A stretch of 64,000 nt of DNA from an uncultured bacterium (GTDB lineage: Bacteria > Chloroflexota > UBA5177 > JANWHV01), in NCBI GenBank assembly GCA_963827235.1, contig CAWHAE010000009.1, positions 1,056,001-1,120,000 of the forward strand, given 5' to 3'. Shown piece by piece: positions 1 to 10,838 of the stretch. The notes under the pieces were generated by a model that saw nothing but the letters and a program-made list of their open reading frames with translations, made no database searches and had not been told where the DNA came from. The number at the start of each line of letters is the position of its first letter. Positions within the stretch are counted from its first letter, which is position 1. The position numbers and the translations under genes were made by a program.

Positions 1-202
1 TCTATGCAGTAAACAAGAGCAATGACTGGTCATAGCGAAATGATCATACGGTCCAGAACGGCGTTTGACGCGGCTTGGACCTATGGCAACGATAGTGGAA
101 AGCGTGAGAGGCGGATCTATTCTACGGAACAGAGCGTAGGTGTAGAATTGGTGCGAACTGAAAAGGCGCGAGGGAAACTACGGGAGCGAGAGGTAAGAGA
201 AG

Positions 203-1012
203 ATGACGGACCGGTCGAAGCAAGCGATCATGACCGTTTGCACGTTCCTGTCGTTGGTTTTAGCGTCTATGGCCACGGTACCGGTAGCCCAGGCGCGCGG
301 CCTCAGCCCGCGGACGCTGGTCGCGAGTGACTTTTTTGGCGCTACCGGCGCGACGTCCGTCTCCCTGAGCGGCGGGCAAGCGGAAACCATTGCAGCCGTA
401 CCATACCTCAGTTACCTGAGTTTTCTCTGTGGCAAACCGGGGAACGGCGGGGATGCGTCCATTTCTCTCAACGCCGCCACGCTGGTTGGCTACAATGCCC
501 TGTCATTCTCGCTGGGGATGAGCGATAAGACGTACGCGCACGGTTCGTCGGGCGAGTTGCAGGTTCAGCGAGACGGCCATGCATATGCTACGTACCACGT
601 CTCCTCCGGGGTACCAGCACGACACGTCATCGTGTTCTTCGGTGGACACAAAATCATCACCTTAGATGGACACTACGACACAGGGGGCGGCTCTGTCGAA
701 CTGCTGGTCGCGGTCCCGATGGCGATCGTGGTGGGCCCGGCACTGCCAATCCCACTCAGCCTCAACGCCCCCTACGTGGTAGCCGGCGGAACGCAGACTG
801 CCATCGTGGCGACTACAGCGGCATCGTACGTCACGCTGGTAATCACGTACGGCTCAGGCGCGCCTCTTGTCGTCGGGCCAAAGCTCATCGGACCTGACGG
901 GAAGTATACGTACACCTGGACCCTGCCTGCAGCTCAACGCGGCCGCGTGCGCGTAACCTTGATCGATGGCGCAGGGAAAGTCACGCAAAGCTCATTCACG
1001 ATAACCGGCTGA
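203..1012 (+). CDS. Secreted hypothetical protein (signal peptide, beta-rich, possibly NPCBM/Ig-like)
   Basis: 269-aa ORF with a hydrophobic N-terminus ending in an AQA cleavage motif and a beta-strand-rich body. Confidence 0.6.
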   Translation: MTDRSKQAIMTVCTFLSLVLASMATVPVAQARGLSPRTLVASDFFGATGATSVSLSGGQAETIAAVPYLSYLSFLCGKPGNGGDASISLNAATLVGYNALSFSLGMSDKTYAHGSSGELQVQRDGHAYATYHVSSGVPARHVIVFFGGHKIITLDGHYDTGGGSVELLVAVPMAIVVGPALPIPLSLNAPYVVAGGTQTAIVATTAASYVTLVITYGSGAPLVVGPKLIGPDGKYTYTWTLPAAQRGRVRVTLIDGAGKVTQSSFTITG

Positions 1013-1159
1013 GCAGGCCGCGGACTTACCAACACGAACGTGCCCAGCGACCGTAAACACGAAAGAGAGAACAACACGGCAACAAGTTGAGGGAAAGAAG
1101 CTCAACACGTGAGCGCACGCAAAGCCTAGAGAAGGACGAAAGCGAAAGTAGGTAGAAGA

Positions 1160-1747
1160 ATGACGCGCGGAAAAGGCTTACTCCTTGTCATCGTACTGGT
1201 GGCAGTCGGAGCGGCCATTGCCGTCTACAGCGCAAACAAGAGCGGAGGAACGCTGCCAGGTTCGTCCGCATCGCCGTTGAGCCTAGACTTTTGCAACGAC
1301 GCGCACCAAACGATGAGCTTAAGTCCGCGCTGCCAGTCCGATGACCACAGCCTGGACGGGAAGCTCCACGACTACGAGCTGAGCGTGACCGGGACGAATA
1401 CCGCAGGCTACGATCCGCAGGCCACCCTAACCTACGAGGTTGGCACGCAGCAGAGCGACGGATCGTACGCGTATCGGGCGCTGACGTGCGGTGGCGGCAG
1501 TCTGAGCAACCAACAACGGCTCAGCGCAAACGGCCTGAGCATGTACGACGCCTACTACGACAACTCGATAGTGGATGGCTATCATGCGACACCAGGCTGC
1601 GCGTTCTTTCCCGCGGATCCCAATAAGCCAGGATCTGAAGGAGGATCCTTTGCCGCACCAGGCAACTACCGCTTCCGAGTGTCCGTGGTCGATCCTGACG
1701 GCACTGTCATGCAGCAAGCCACGTACGATGTGAGTGTCGCAAGTTAG
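1160..1747 (+). CDS. Membrane-anchored/exported hypothetical protein
   Basis: N-terminal TM (LLLVIVLVAVGAAIAVY), paired Cys, Ig-like C-terminus (GNYRFRVSVVD). Confidence 0.6.
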   Translation: MTRGKGLLLVIVLVAVGAAIAVYSANKSGGTLPGSSASPLSLDFCNDAHQTMSLSPRCQSDDHSLDGKLHDYELSVTGTNTAGYDPQATLTYEVGTQQSDGSYAYRALTCGGGSLSNQQRLSANGLSMYDAYYDNSIVDGYHATPGCAFFPADPNKPGSEGGSFAAPGNYRFRVSVVDPDGTVMQQATYDVSVAS

Positions 1748-1934
1748 GTGCGGGGTCAGCGGCCGGAGAAACCACGAGCAAGAGGTACATAGAGGTACAA
1801 AGCAAGACAGGACCCGGCAGGCCACTCGAGAGCCAGCATTCAGGACGGTTCGGACCACCTGGTCTATGCCAGGTCTCCCGGGCGGGACGCATCAGCGATC
1901 ACAGGGCATTCGGATACCCACCGTCGGCAGGAGC

Positions 1935-3236
1935 CTAACCAACGATACCATCCGTACTTGCCAAAATGGTGCCGTAGGCACCAACAACCAGACACCGACG
2001 ATCGCCACGGCACGTAACACCCAGGAGCGGAACGCTAGTACCGGACGCTCTTCGAAGCCATGTGGTGCTCCCAGCCGCTGCGGCCAATATGATGCCGCCA
2101 TCACCAACGGCCAGACAAGCGCCACTGCTCGAGCAGGTAAGCGCGAGCACCTTGTCGTACGGGTCCGGCTGTGGATTACTGTGAGCAGTCCAGGTGGCAC
2201 CGCTGTCGCTGCTCGCCAGGAAGGTGCCGTCTTCTCCGACGGCTCGACACTCCTTGGTGGTTGGACAGACGATGCTACCCAGATAGCTCGTGGTACCCGA
2301 CGGCATGCTCTTCCAGTGAGCGCCGGCGTCCGTACTGATCAACACAGTGCCGGCATCGCCGGCGACCAAGCACCTGCTCGTTGTCGGGCACGCGATCCCC
2401 CCTAAGCCATGAGGAGTGCCCGAGGCCCGTTGACGCCAGTCTACGCCACCATCCGTACTGACGAGGATGACGCCTAGCTCGACGCCCAAGCCGACTTCTC
2501 CGTGACCGCCCCAGCCCACGGCGAGACAGTTCCTGGCACTCGTGCAGGTAACATCTTGAACAACACCCTGACCTCCCTCCGTCTCCCCTAACAGCCAGGG
2601 AAGCAGAATATGCTGCTCCCTCCACGTCACCCCGCCGTCTGAAGTGGCCAAGATGAGCGCGCGCATGCCGCGATTTCCGACAGCAATGCACGTGCGCGAC
2701 GTCGGACACGTGACGCCACGGAGGAGATCTCGAGAGTCGGAAAAGCGAACGACCCAGGTTCTTCCGGCATCCATACTGACGAGAGCTGTGCCGCCATAAC
2801 CGACGGCAACACACATGGACATCGTCGGGCAAGCCACGCTGTCCAAAGTCTCGGTCGTTCCCGAGGCCACGACAACCCAGGCTGAAGATGGCGGAGGCAC
2901 CGACGCCGGAGACAGTCCGGATCGTACTGCGATACCGATGACACCAGGATTTGGCGTCAACGCCCGGGCGGCCGCAGCCACAGATACACCGGTTGCGCGA
3001 TACATCAAGGCCGTAGTGTCGTGAGCAACGAAAGCGGCGCTAGAATCCACAGGGCCGCGACTCGCAGGAGACCCTATGGGGAACTGAGTGGTCAACGGCA
3101 AGGATGGTGTGACCCAAGCCGATCGTAGCGGGTAGGCGTGAGCATCGGCTCGGGGTTGAGCAGCTAGAGAATTAACCGTAGAAATTGCGAGCGTTGCGCA
3201 CGCCACCAGTGCGACAAACAATCGGATAGGCTTCAT
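1935..3236 (-). CDS. Secreted YCF48/BNR (Asp-box) repeat beta-propeller protein
   Basis: Signal peptide from MKPIRLF (start 3236); repeated LxxVxCPTxxxCxAVGxxGxxLxSxDGGxTW blades. Confidence 0.8.
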   Translation of the reverse strand: MKPIRLFVALVACATLAISTVNSLAAQPRADAHAYPLRSAWVTPSLPLTTQFPIGSPASRGPVDSSAAFVAHDTTALMYRATGVSVAAAARALTPNPGVIGIAVRSGLSPASVPPPSSAWVVVASGTTETLDSVACPTMSMCVAVGYGGTALVSMDAGRTWVVRFSDSRDLLRGVTCPTSRTCIAVGNRGMRALILATSDGGVTWREQHILLPWLLGETEGGQGVVQDVTCTSARNCLAVGWGGHGEVGLGVELGVILVSTDGGVDWRQRASGTPHGLGGIACPTTSRCLVAGDAGTVLISTDAGAHWKSMPSGTTSYLGSIVCPTTKECRAVGEDGTFLASSDSGATWTAHSNPQPDPYDKVLALTCSSSGACLAVGDGGIILAAAAGSTTWLRRASGTSVPLLGVTCRGDRRCLVVGAYGTILASTDGIVG

Positions 3237-3998
3237 CACTACTGCTCCGTTTCGCTTTGGTCTCCGAGCGATCAGCATTTCCCAAGCAACACACATCACA
3301 CGTATCATAGGCCAATTGGCCCACCTGTCAACGAACGCGGCCATGGATAAGAAGCAATGAGCCGAAGTGAAACACGAGCCCAAGTGGATGGGTGATCCGC
3401 GCGCGAACGCAAGCTTGAACGTCAGCGGAGGTCCCACCAAGCCCAACAGTCCCACAGGAGAAGGATAGCCTAGCCGAAAAGCACACGCCCTACCTGCAAT
3501 AACCGGGATAGCTAAACAACCAGCAGAGTCAGCACGCCATTGCATCATCCGCGCAGCCGCTGCACCAGCACGCTTTCACCGATATTGCACAGACAGTGAG
3601 ACTTGTTTCGCATTAGAGTGAAGCCTATACTAGTGGGTGAACCCGAAAGGACTGACCTTTATCAACCGTGCGACAACTGCGAACCAATCGCTGCTTAACC
3701 CAAGAGCACTTGGCAGCGCTAGCCGAACTAGCGGTGGCAACGATCCAAAACGCCGAAAGAGAGGGGCAGTACCGAGTCGGCGATTGTGCGCGACAGTGTT
3801 GATACGAAGGATAGTTATGAGGGATGGCAACGATCACGGGAGTGAAGATCGCACCGACGCGGACTGTGCTCACAGGGGGTCATTCGCGCGCTAACGCAAG
3901 GGCTTCGATGGGGTAGCCGAGCCATGTACATGCCGCTGGGCGTGAGGTACGCTCGTGGGCAATAGGCGCTTTAGTTCATTAGTCGTGGGAGACGTCGA

Positions 3999-4271
3999 AT
4001 GGCTCAAGTGATTGTAAGCCCGGAGGAGGTACGGCACTTTGCGCGCCAGTTCAAGACGTGCAACGCCCAGCTTCTAGACCTGACAACCAGACTGCGTGGG
4101 CAATTCAGCAACCTCGGAGAGACATGGCGCGACCAAGAGTATCAGCGCTTCGCGGTAGAGTTTGAACAAGCTTCGAGAATCCTGCAACAATTCATGCGCC
4201 AGGCCGATCAGTACATTCCCTATCTAGAACGAAAGGCGGCAGCGGCACAGGCCTTCCTGGACCAGCGGTAA
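3999..4271 (+). CDS. WXG100/ESAT-6-like type VII secretion substrate (W-x-D variant)
   Basis: 90 aa helical hairpin, MAQVIVSPEEVRHFA N-terminus, central ETWRDQEY, upstream of an FtsK ATPase. Confidence 0.85.
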   Translation: MAQVIVSPEEVRHFARQFKTCNAQLLDLTTRLRGQFSNLGETWRDQEYQRFAVEFEQASRILQQFMRQADQYIPYLERKAAAAQAFLDQR

Positions 4272-4276
4272 CGTCG

Positions 4277-5329
4277 ATGAACGAACAGATCAATGTCCGT
4301 TCTGTTGACACTTTGGAGCGGCTCCACGCCGAACTCAAGCGGTTCGCGCATGATGCACCGCTGCCGTTGCAGGCTGCCGCCGGAGAAATTCACCGCACCC
4401 TTGAATGGTTGGGAGAGCGACGAGGGTACTGGCAAGCCCGCGTGCAATTCTTCACGCTGGAGGTCGAGCGCGCCCGCCGTGCCTACGAGGCTTGTCTGCA
4501 GAGCGGCGCGCGCGACGCGCGCACAGGCCAGTACAGCCAGCCGGACTGCTCGCCACAGTACGAGGCAATGGAGAAGGCGCAGGCGCTTCTCCGCGAAGCT
4601 ACAACGGAGCTTGCCAAGGTCACAGCCGCACTGCGAACCGTACAGCAAGCGGTGGAAGCATACGAGAGACAGGCACGACGGCTAAGCGGCATGCTAGGCG
4701 CAGACGTGCCACGCGGCATCGCGATGCTGGGACGCAGTATTGAGCGTCTGCGGACATTCATCGCCTTGAGCGTACAGCACAACTGGTCAGTGGCCCATGG
4801 ATCGACCGTGATGCGAAGCGACGCAGCGCCGGGCGGCAATGTCTCCGACGCGGCTCAGACAGGCCCGCCGCGAATCGAAGCGATCGCGAGTCCAACAGTG
4901 CAAGCCGAACCGTGGGCCGAATACACGTTTCACGATGCAGGCTCGCGCACCCTGCTGGTTCTGGGGCACGTTGTCGGCGATAAGTGTTACATCCGAGCCC
5001 ACGATCTCGGGATAAAGGACGACGTGCCTCGTGACCGTCCATCAGTAGGCACGGGCGGATACGCGAACGTCGTGTTGGAACGCAACGAGCGCGGGGACGT
5101 GACAGGTGCACGGCTACAGGACATCATGGTCACTCCCAGCCATCGCCTCGGCGGCATCGGCAGCCAGTTACTGGAAGAAGCGGAACGGTTCGCCCGCGAC
5201 CAGCACGCTCCGGAATTGCATGGCGAGGCACCAGTCGAATCCAACGTACAGGAATGGTACGAGCGTCGTGGATACGCATCGAGATCGACGGACGGAATGC
5301 CACAGATCTTCAAGCAGTTGGCAGAATGA
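4277..5329 (+). CDS. Helical WXG/LXG-like N-terminus fused to C-terminal GNAT acetyltransferase (putative effector)
   Basis: Coiled-coil N-terminus; C-terminal GNAT motif A VTPSHRLGGIGSQLL and WYERRGY. Confidence 0.7.
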   Translation: MNEQINVRSVDTLERLHAELKRFAHDAPLPLQAAAGEIHRTLEWLGERRGYWQARVQFFTLEVERARRAYEACLQSGARDARTGQYSQPDCSPQYEAMEKAQALLREATTELAKVTAALRTVQQAVEAYERQARRLSGMLGADVPRGIAMLGRSIERLRTFIALSVQHNWSVAHGSTVMRSDAAPGGNVSDAAQTGPPRIEAIASPTVQAEPWAEYTFHDAGSRTLLVLGHVVGDKCYIRAHDLGIKDDVPRDRPSVGTGGYANVVLERNERGDVTGARLQDIMVTPSHRLGGIGSQLLEEAERFARDQHAPELHGEAPVESNVQEWYERRGYASRSTDGMPQIFKQLAE

Positions 5330-8300
5330 CCAACCGTGATGCGAAGGCCGCATCTGAAACCGCGGAAGGTGGGAGCCCAACTATGATCGAGCACGACGCG
5401 TTGCAGGAAGAAGCTGAAACCATCCGGCGGGCAGCAGCCATAGCATCGGAACACCGGAAGCTGGTCGGACAGTACAGCGCCGACGCGAGCGACGCAAAAC
5501 AGAGACTCGAACAGCAGCTCACGACGCAGCTCCAGGGCATAGAAGCCACATACAACGACTGCGTGTCGACCATCGGCGAGCTAGACAAAAGGTTCCCGGC
5601 CATTCAAGGTGATGCGGTTGCTGGCGGCTTGCTCTTGGGATTTGGCATGGAGGCAAGCACGAACGACCTTGCCACATGTGCGAAAAGGCTAAAGGACTCC
5701 AAGAGTCAACTGGATCAGGTAGATCCAACTTGGTCGATGTACGGTCCAGGCTATTTGCCAGCATGGGGACTGGGAGCAAGCGTCGTTACTGACGTGATAA
5801 TTGCCGCGATAGTGTCTGCAGCAGGTGGAGACGCCGGAACAGGGTTTGCCATCTGTTTCTGGTTCACCGTGGGATGGCTTAGTATCGCGCTCCTCGCAAA
5901 TCTAGGATCTACGACCGAGTTCAGCCACAATCGAGAATATAAGTCTGCGACCGAGTTCGGATTTCCTGCGGTGCGTTCCGTTAAGCGGGAGCTACACGCT
6001 GCCAGAGACAAATCGGTCAAAGTTGCAAGGAGCACGCATGAAAGGCTGCTCGGGGGTATTGACGCGAATCTGAAGAGCAAGTGCGACGCGCTGACGGAGG
6101 ATGCACGCCGGCAGTTGGGTGAAGAAACCGCGAGGTTGTCCAAGCTTGTTGGAGAACTAGGATACGCGGGATTAGCCTGGGACGACACAGGCTGGGAGGA
6201 CTACGCGCCCGGAGTGCGGAGCCCAAGCCACGTGCGAGTCGGCCGGGCTTCTACAGCGCTGGCGGGCGTCGAAATCATGGGCCCCGCCCTGGTAGGCATC
6301 GTACGGGAAGAAAACGTCTTGATCAGGGCAAGCGGAGCAGCCAAGGACCAAGCGGCTGGAGCGGTGCAGTCGATACTCCTTCGGCTTCTGGCAACGATTC
6401 CGCCGGGCATGGCAGAGTTCGTACTCCTGGACCCGGCGGGCCTCGGCCAGAACGTTGCCAAATTCGTGGCACTCGCTGACTACGATCGCGATCTCATTGC
6501 CAACAAAGCGTGGTCCGAACCCGAGCACATCGAGCGACAGCTCGCCGATCTTTGCGAGCACATGGAAAATGTCATTCAAGGGAAGCTCCAGGGCAAGTAC
6601 GAATCGATAGAGGAGTACAACGAGCAAGCGGGCGAGACGGCGCAGGCGTACCGCTTTCTCGTAGTGGTCGGCTTCCCCCAAAACTTCAGTGAAACAAGCG
6701 CAAGCCGCTTAGCCCGCGTCGCTCTCAACGGTCCCAAGTGCGGCGTGCACACCTTGATTGTCGTAGACACCGAACAGAAGATGCCTTATGGCTTCAATGG
6801 GGAAGATCTCGGCCGCAACGCATCGGTGATCGAGTGGGACGGATCTCGGTTTGTGTGGAAGCAGAAAGGCTTCGACACGTGGCAGCTAACCCTTGATGCC
6901 CCGCCTGACACAACCCGCTTCGACGAAATCTTGGCAGCGGTGGGTTCGCGGGTGAAAGATGCCAGGAGAGTCGAGGTGCCTTTCGATCGCATCGCCATTC
7001 CGAGCGACGCATGGTGGACTGGAGACAGTCGAACCGAGATAGCTGTGCCCATCGGCAAAGTGGGCGCGAGAAAGACTCAGCATCTTGTGTTCAACAGTCA
7101 GGATCAAGTGCACGCGCTAGTAGCTGGGCAGACCGGGTATGGCAAGTCGACGTTGTTCCATGTCATGATCACAAACCTCTGCTTGGCCTACAGCCCGCAG
7201 GAGCTAGAGCTTTATCTCGTCGATTTCAAGAAGGGCGTGGAGTTCAAGCCGTACGCCGAGCATCGCCTGCCGCACGCGCGAGTGATCGCCATTGACAGCG
7301 AGCGCGAGTTCGGCGTAAGCGTCCTTCGCGGCCTCGACACGGAGTTGAAGCGCAGAGGCGACGCCTTTCGCAGCACGGTTGAGCAGAATATCGCTGGATA
7401 TCGCAAGGCACATCCCGATCAAGCGTGCCCAAGGATCGTGCTGATCGTCGACGAATTCCAGGAATTCTTCACCGAGGACGATGCGATCGCCCGAGAGGCC
7501 GGCCTGTTGCTGGACCGGCTGGTGCGGCAAGGGCGCAATGTTGGGATCCACGTGATCCTGGGCTCGCAAACACTGACCAACGCTGGACAGCTTGCACACA
7601 GCACGATCAGCCAAATCGCCATTCGCATAGCTCTGCACTGCAGTGACAGCGATTCTCGGCTGATCCTCGCGGAAGACAACCCAGGAGCGCGTTTGCTCAA
7701 TCGTCCGGGCGAAGCCATCTACAACACAGGCAGCGGGCGCGTGGGGATGGAGGATCAGTTCCAAACCGTGTGGCTCAGCGCGGAATGTCGGGAACAGTAC
7801 CTAACGCGCATCGATGACCTTGCCCGCTGGCAACCCCGGCGCCCACAGCGGATTTTTGAAGGCAACGCTCCGGGCGAAATCGGCACCGACATGCTGCTGG
7901 CGCTGACACGAGGCGCGGAAAGCCAACAGGCTCAACAAAGAGGAGCAAGGATCTTGCTCGGCGAGGCTATCGCGGTTCAGGAACAGCCATCAACGGTTCG
8001 CTTCCGTCGCCAGGGGGGAGCAAACCTTCTGATAGTGAGCCAGCAGGAAGACACCGCACTGGCCATGATCACGCTGTCGCTCGTGGGCCTAGCTGTGCAA
8101 TTGCCGGCGTCAAGCGGCGACGGGGATTGGCATCGACCGGTGATGCTACTAGACTTCAGCAGTGGTGACGGTCCGAGCGCGGGACACTACAGCGACCTTG
8201 CCGGAACCCTGAACGGTCGAGTACGCCGGCTAGTACGCCGACAGGTGCCAGAATGGATTGATAAACTAGCGAACGAGGTGAAATGTCGCATCGATGCGGA

Positions 8301-8766
8301 GGATGAAGCAGCGTTGCCAGCACGCCCTGCAAACACCATGTTCCTCGTGGTGCACGGGTTGCAGCGGGCGCGAGACCTGCGGCAAGACGATGGCTACTCG
8401 CTTCCGGCATACGGCGCGGAACCGGCCGGCCCGAATACGGCGCAGCAGTTCGTAACAATCTTGCGAGACGGGCCGGATGTCGGCGTGCATACGATAATCT
8501 GGTGCGACAGCATGACCAACCTGACGCGCACTCTCGATCGACGAGCGCTACGGGAGTTCGGAACCAGAGTCGTGACGCAGATCAGCGCCGAAGACTCGGC
8601 GAACCTGATTGACTCACCGGTAGCGAGCAAGCTGGGCAGCTATCGTGCACTGCTGTACAACGAGGACGAAGGGACACTCGAAAAGTTTCATCCTTACGGG
8701 CTTCCTTCGAAAGAGTGGCTAGAAGACGTGTGCCAACAGCTGATGATGTCGACGGCAAGCAAGTGA
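5326..8766 (+). CDS. FtsK/SpoIIIE (EccC/EssC-like) membrane ATPase
   Basis: ATG overlaps the upstream TGA. Two TM helices; active domain GQTGYGKS, LVDFKKGVEF, IVDEFQE, GRNVGIH; flanking degenerate ATPase domains. Confidence 0.9.
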   Translation: MTNRDAKAASETAEGGSPTMIEHDALQEEAETIRRAAAIASEHRKLVGQYSADASDAKQRLEQQLTTQLQGIEATYNDCVSTIGELDKRFPAIQGDAVAGGLLLGFGMEASTNDLATCAKRLKDSKSQLDQVDPTWSMYGPGYLPAWGLGASVVTDVIIAAIVSAAGGDAGTGFAICFWFTVGWLSIALLANLGSTTEFSHNREYKSATEFGFPAVRSVKRELHAARDKSVKVARSTHERLLGGIDANLKSKCDALTEDARRQLGEETARLSKLVGELGYAGLAWDDTGWEDYAPGVRSPSHVRVGRASTALAGVEIMGPALVGIVREENVLIRASGAAKDQAAGAVQSILLRLLATIPPGMAEFVLLDPAGLGQNVAKFVALADYDRDLIANKAWSEPEHIERQLADLCEHMENVIQGKLQGKYESIEEYNEQAGETAQAYRFLVVVGFPQNFSETSASRLARVALNGPKCGVHTLIVVDTEQKMPYGFNGEDLGRNASVIEWDGSRFVWKQKGFDTWQLTLDAPPDTTRFDEILAAVGSRVKDARRVEVPFDRIAIPSDAWWTGDSRTEIAVPIGKVGARKTQHLVFNSQDQVHALVAGQTGYGKSTLFHVMITNLCLAYSPQELELYLVDFKKGVEFKPYAEHRLPHARVIAIDSEREFGVSVLRGLDTELKRRGDAFRSTVEQNIAGYRKAHPDQACPRIVLIVDEFQEFFTEDDAIAREAGLLLDRLVRQGRNVGIHVILGSQTLTNAGQLAHSTISQIAIRIALHCSDSDSRLILAEDNPGARLLNRPGEAIYNTGSGRVGMEDQFQTVWLSAECREQYLTRIDDLARWQPRRPQRIFEGNAPGEIGTDMLLALTRGAESQQAQQRGARILLGEAIAVQEQPSTVRFRRQGGANLLIVSQQEDTALAMITLSLVGLAVQLPASSGDGDWHRPVMLLDFSSGDGPSAGHYSDLAGTLNGRVRRLVRRQVPEWIDKLANEVKCRIDAEDEAALPARPANTMFLVVHGLQRARDLRQDDGYSLPAYGAEPAGPNTAQQFVTILRDGPDVGVHTIIWCDSMTNLTRTLDRRALREFGTRVVTQISAEDSANLIDSPVASKLGSYRALLYNEDEGTLEKFHPYGLPSKEWLEDVCQQLMMSTASK

Positions 8767-8805
8767 GTCCGCGCCAAGGCACTCAGGGAAAGGATGCGCT
8801 GACCA

Positions 8806-9021
8806 ATGGAGAGCCTGAGCCGAGCAGGCAGCGAACTAGACGCCATAGCCGGACGGTTGCAACGGCAATGGCATGAAGCAGAAGACGCGTGGCGAGACCC
8901 GGTCCAACGGGATTTCGAAAAGCGACACGTGGCCCCATTGTTCAGCCAGATTAGGGCGACAAGGGACGAACTGGATCAGGTGGCTCACGCGGTACAGCAA
9001 GCTCGAGCAACGGTTCGCTAA
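8806..9021 (+). CDS. Second small WXG100-like protein (W-x-D)
   Basis: 71 aa helical, DAWRDPVQRDFE motif, directly after the FtsK gene. Confidence 0.7.
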   Translation: MESLSRAGSELDAIAGRLQRQWHEAEDAWRDPVQRDFEKRHVAPLFSQIRATRDELDQVAHAVQQARATVR

Positions 9022-9301
9022 CGACACAAGCAGCACCTGCCGAGCGAGGCTTACTGTTTGCACAGATACATCGTATTGAGCCCATAGTTGAAGCACGTTA
9101 CTGCCCTCGAGAGTGAAGGCTCACCTGTGTCCGTGCGGCCGCCGGGCTCCAGGATACACGCAACTGCCACAGCAGCACGCCCCTCCGGGTGCGGAAGGGC
9201 GTCCCTTGTAAGGTGAGTTGCCGAATATCCACCAAGTGCTCGGTAGCAAACGCGCCCGCCATCTTCTCCTGGAATCCTGGCTCACAGCACCCCCTGTAGC
9301 G

Positions 9302-9595
9302 GCTGGCGCACGAGGGGGAGGGCATGCGGCGCTGCACGGCGGCACGTTTACGTCGCCCCTGCACTGCCACCGGCCCGACTTCACGGCCTCGCGCATCGAG
9401 TTTCAGGCCGAGCGGTTCGCGGGCGAGATGCTCTGTCCGGAAACGCTCGTACAAGCGCTCTGCCGCGAGCGTGGGGAGATCGGACCAGAAGAGATCGAGG
9501 AACTGGCCGACACCGTGCAGGCTCCCAACGAGTTCATCGGTTGGTGGGTCGCGTATTTGGCGAGAAGCGGTCGCGTCGTGTTGCCGGGACCATAG
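9302..9595 (+). pseudogene. ImmA/IrrE-family (DUF955) metallopeptidase remnant, copy 1
   Basis: EFQAERFAGEMLCP motif; HExxH (LAHEGGH) is recovered by removing 2 G from a G run at ~9314; N-terminus missing. Confidence 0.6.
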
Positions 9596-10838
9596 ACACT
9601 CGGTGCCGCCATCCATGACTCCACCGGGCACGCGCTTCCGCGACTATTGCCGGCACAAACTCGACACAGTACACGACGGGACTGACCGAATACCAATGCA
9701 GAGTAATAAGACGACTTCACCCGACACCAAAGCCACAGGGGGGCGCCTGCTGCTCGCTTCTCTCAATGTAAACGGCATCCGATCTGCAACGAGGCGCGGG
9801 TTTGCGAGTTGGATCCGCCAGGCTGCTCCAGACATCCTGTGTCTGCAAGAGATCCGCATAACCGAGCAGCAACTCCAAGCGGCGTTCGTACCTCCGTCGG
9901 GGTACCGACTCTATTGGAACCATTCCACGCGGCCCGGCTACAGCGGCACGGCGCTGCTCTCGCGTCCCAAGCCACAAGCAGTCAGGTTTGGACTCGACGA
10001 TCGCAGCGGCGACCCCGAGGGAAGAACCATCGTCGCAGAGTACCCGGGCTTCACGCTTATCAACTGCTACGTCCCGAACGGCAACAGCAGCGACGAACGG
10101 CTCGCGTTCAAGATGGCGTTTTACGAAGCATGCCTGGACCAATGCAGACGACTGTTGTCTGAGGGAAGGCATGTCATCCTCTGCGGCGACCTGAACACAG
10201 CGCACCGGGAGGTAGACCTGGCAGACCCATCTGCGAACGCGAGACGGTCGGGTTTCCTGCCGCAGGAACGCGAATGGATAGACAGGCTCATTCAGTCTGG
10301 CTTTGTGGACACATTTCGCCATTTCTACCCCGGCGTGTCGAAGCAATACACGTGGTGGCCCTATGGCAGAGAGCGAGATGCTGGTTGGAGGTTCGACTAT
10401 ATCTTCACCTCGATAGGCATAATCGATCGTGTGCGCGCGGCCTTCATTCTGCCTGAGGTGGCGTGCAGCGATCATTGCCCTATAGGGATCCAACTGCATG
10501 TTGAAGGCACTCCTAGTTCCGAGCCCGGTTCGACACTTGAAGCGCCAGACTTTCCGGACGACGAAGGCCGGTGTGGTCAACTAACGCTGTTCTGAGATGC
10601 TCACGTCGCCGCTGCACTGCCACCGGCTGGACTTCACAGCGGTGCGCGTCGAGTTCCAGGCCGAGCGGTACGCTGGGGAGCTGCTCTGCCCGGAGACGCT
10701 CGTACAAGCGCTCTGCCGCGAGCGCGGGGAGATCGGGCCCGAAGAGATCGAGGAACTAGCCTATGCGGTGCAAACTCCCAACGAGTTCATCGGCTGGTGG
10801 GTGGCGTACCTGGCCCGAAGCGGTCGCGTCGTGTTGCC
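9348..10838 (+). repeat. ~240-bp imperfect direct repeat (9348-9586 / 10600-10838) bracketing xth
   Basis: Colinear sequences, e.g. ACGCTCGTACAAGCGCTCTGCCGCGAGCG and CCCAACGAGTTCATCGG occur in both copies. Confidence 0.9.
9696..10595 (+). CDS. xth: Exodeoxyribonuclease III (AP endonuclease)
   Basis: SLNVNGIRS, DILCLQE, GYSGTA, EGR, YVPNG, CGDLNTAH, YTWW, GWRFDY, SDHCP motifs. Confidence 0.95.
   Translation: MQSNKTTSPDTKATGGRLLLASLNVNGIRSATRRGFASWIRQAAPDILCLQEIRITEQQLQAAFVPPSGYRLYWNHSTRPGYSGTALLSRPKPQAVRFGLDDRSGDPEGRTIVAEYPGFTLINCYVPNGNSSDERLAFKMAFYEACLDQCRRLLSEGRHVILCGDLNTAHREVDLADPSANARRSGFLPQEREWIDRLIQSGFVDTFRHFYPGVSKQYTWWPYGRERDAGWRFDYIFTSIGIIDRVRAAFILPEVACSDHCPIGIQLHVEGTPSSEPGSTLEAPDFPDDEGRCGQLTLF

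Noticed and set aside
3625-3894. Possible IS remnant or small ORFs upstream of the WXG gene
   Set aside because: No terminal repeats or transposase motifs could be identified.
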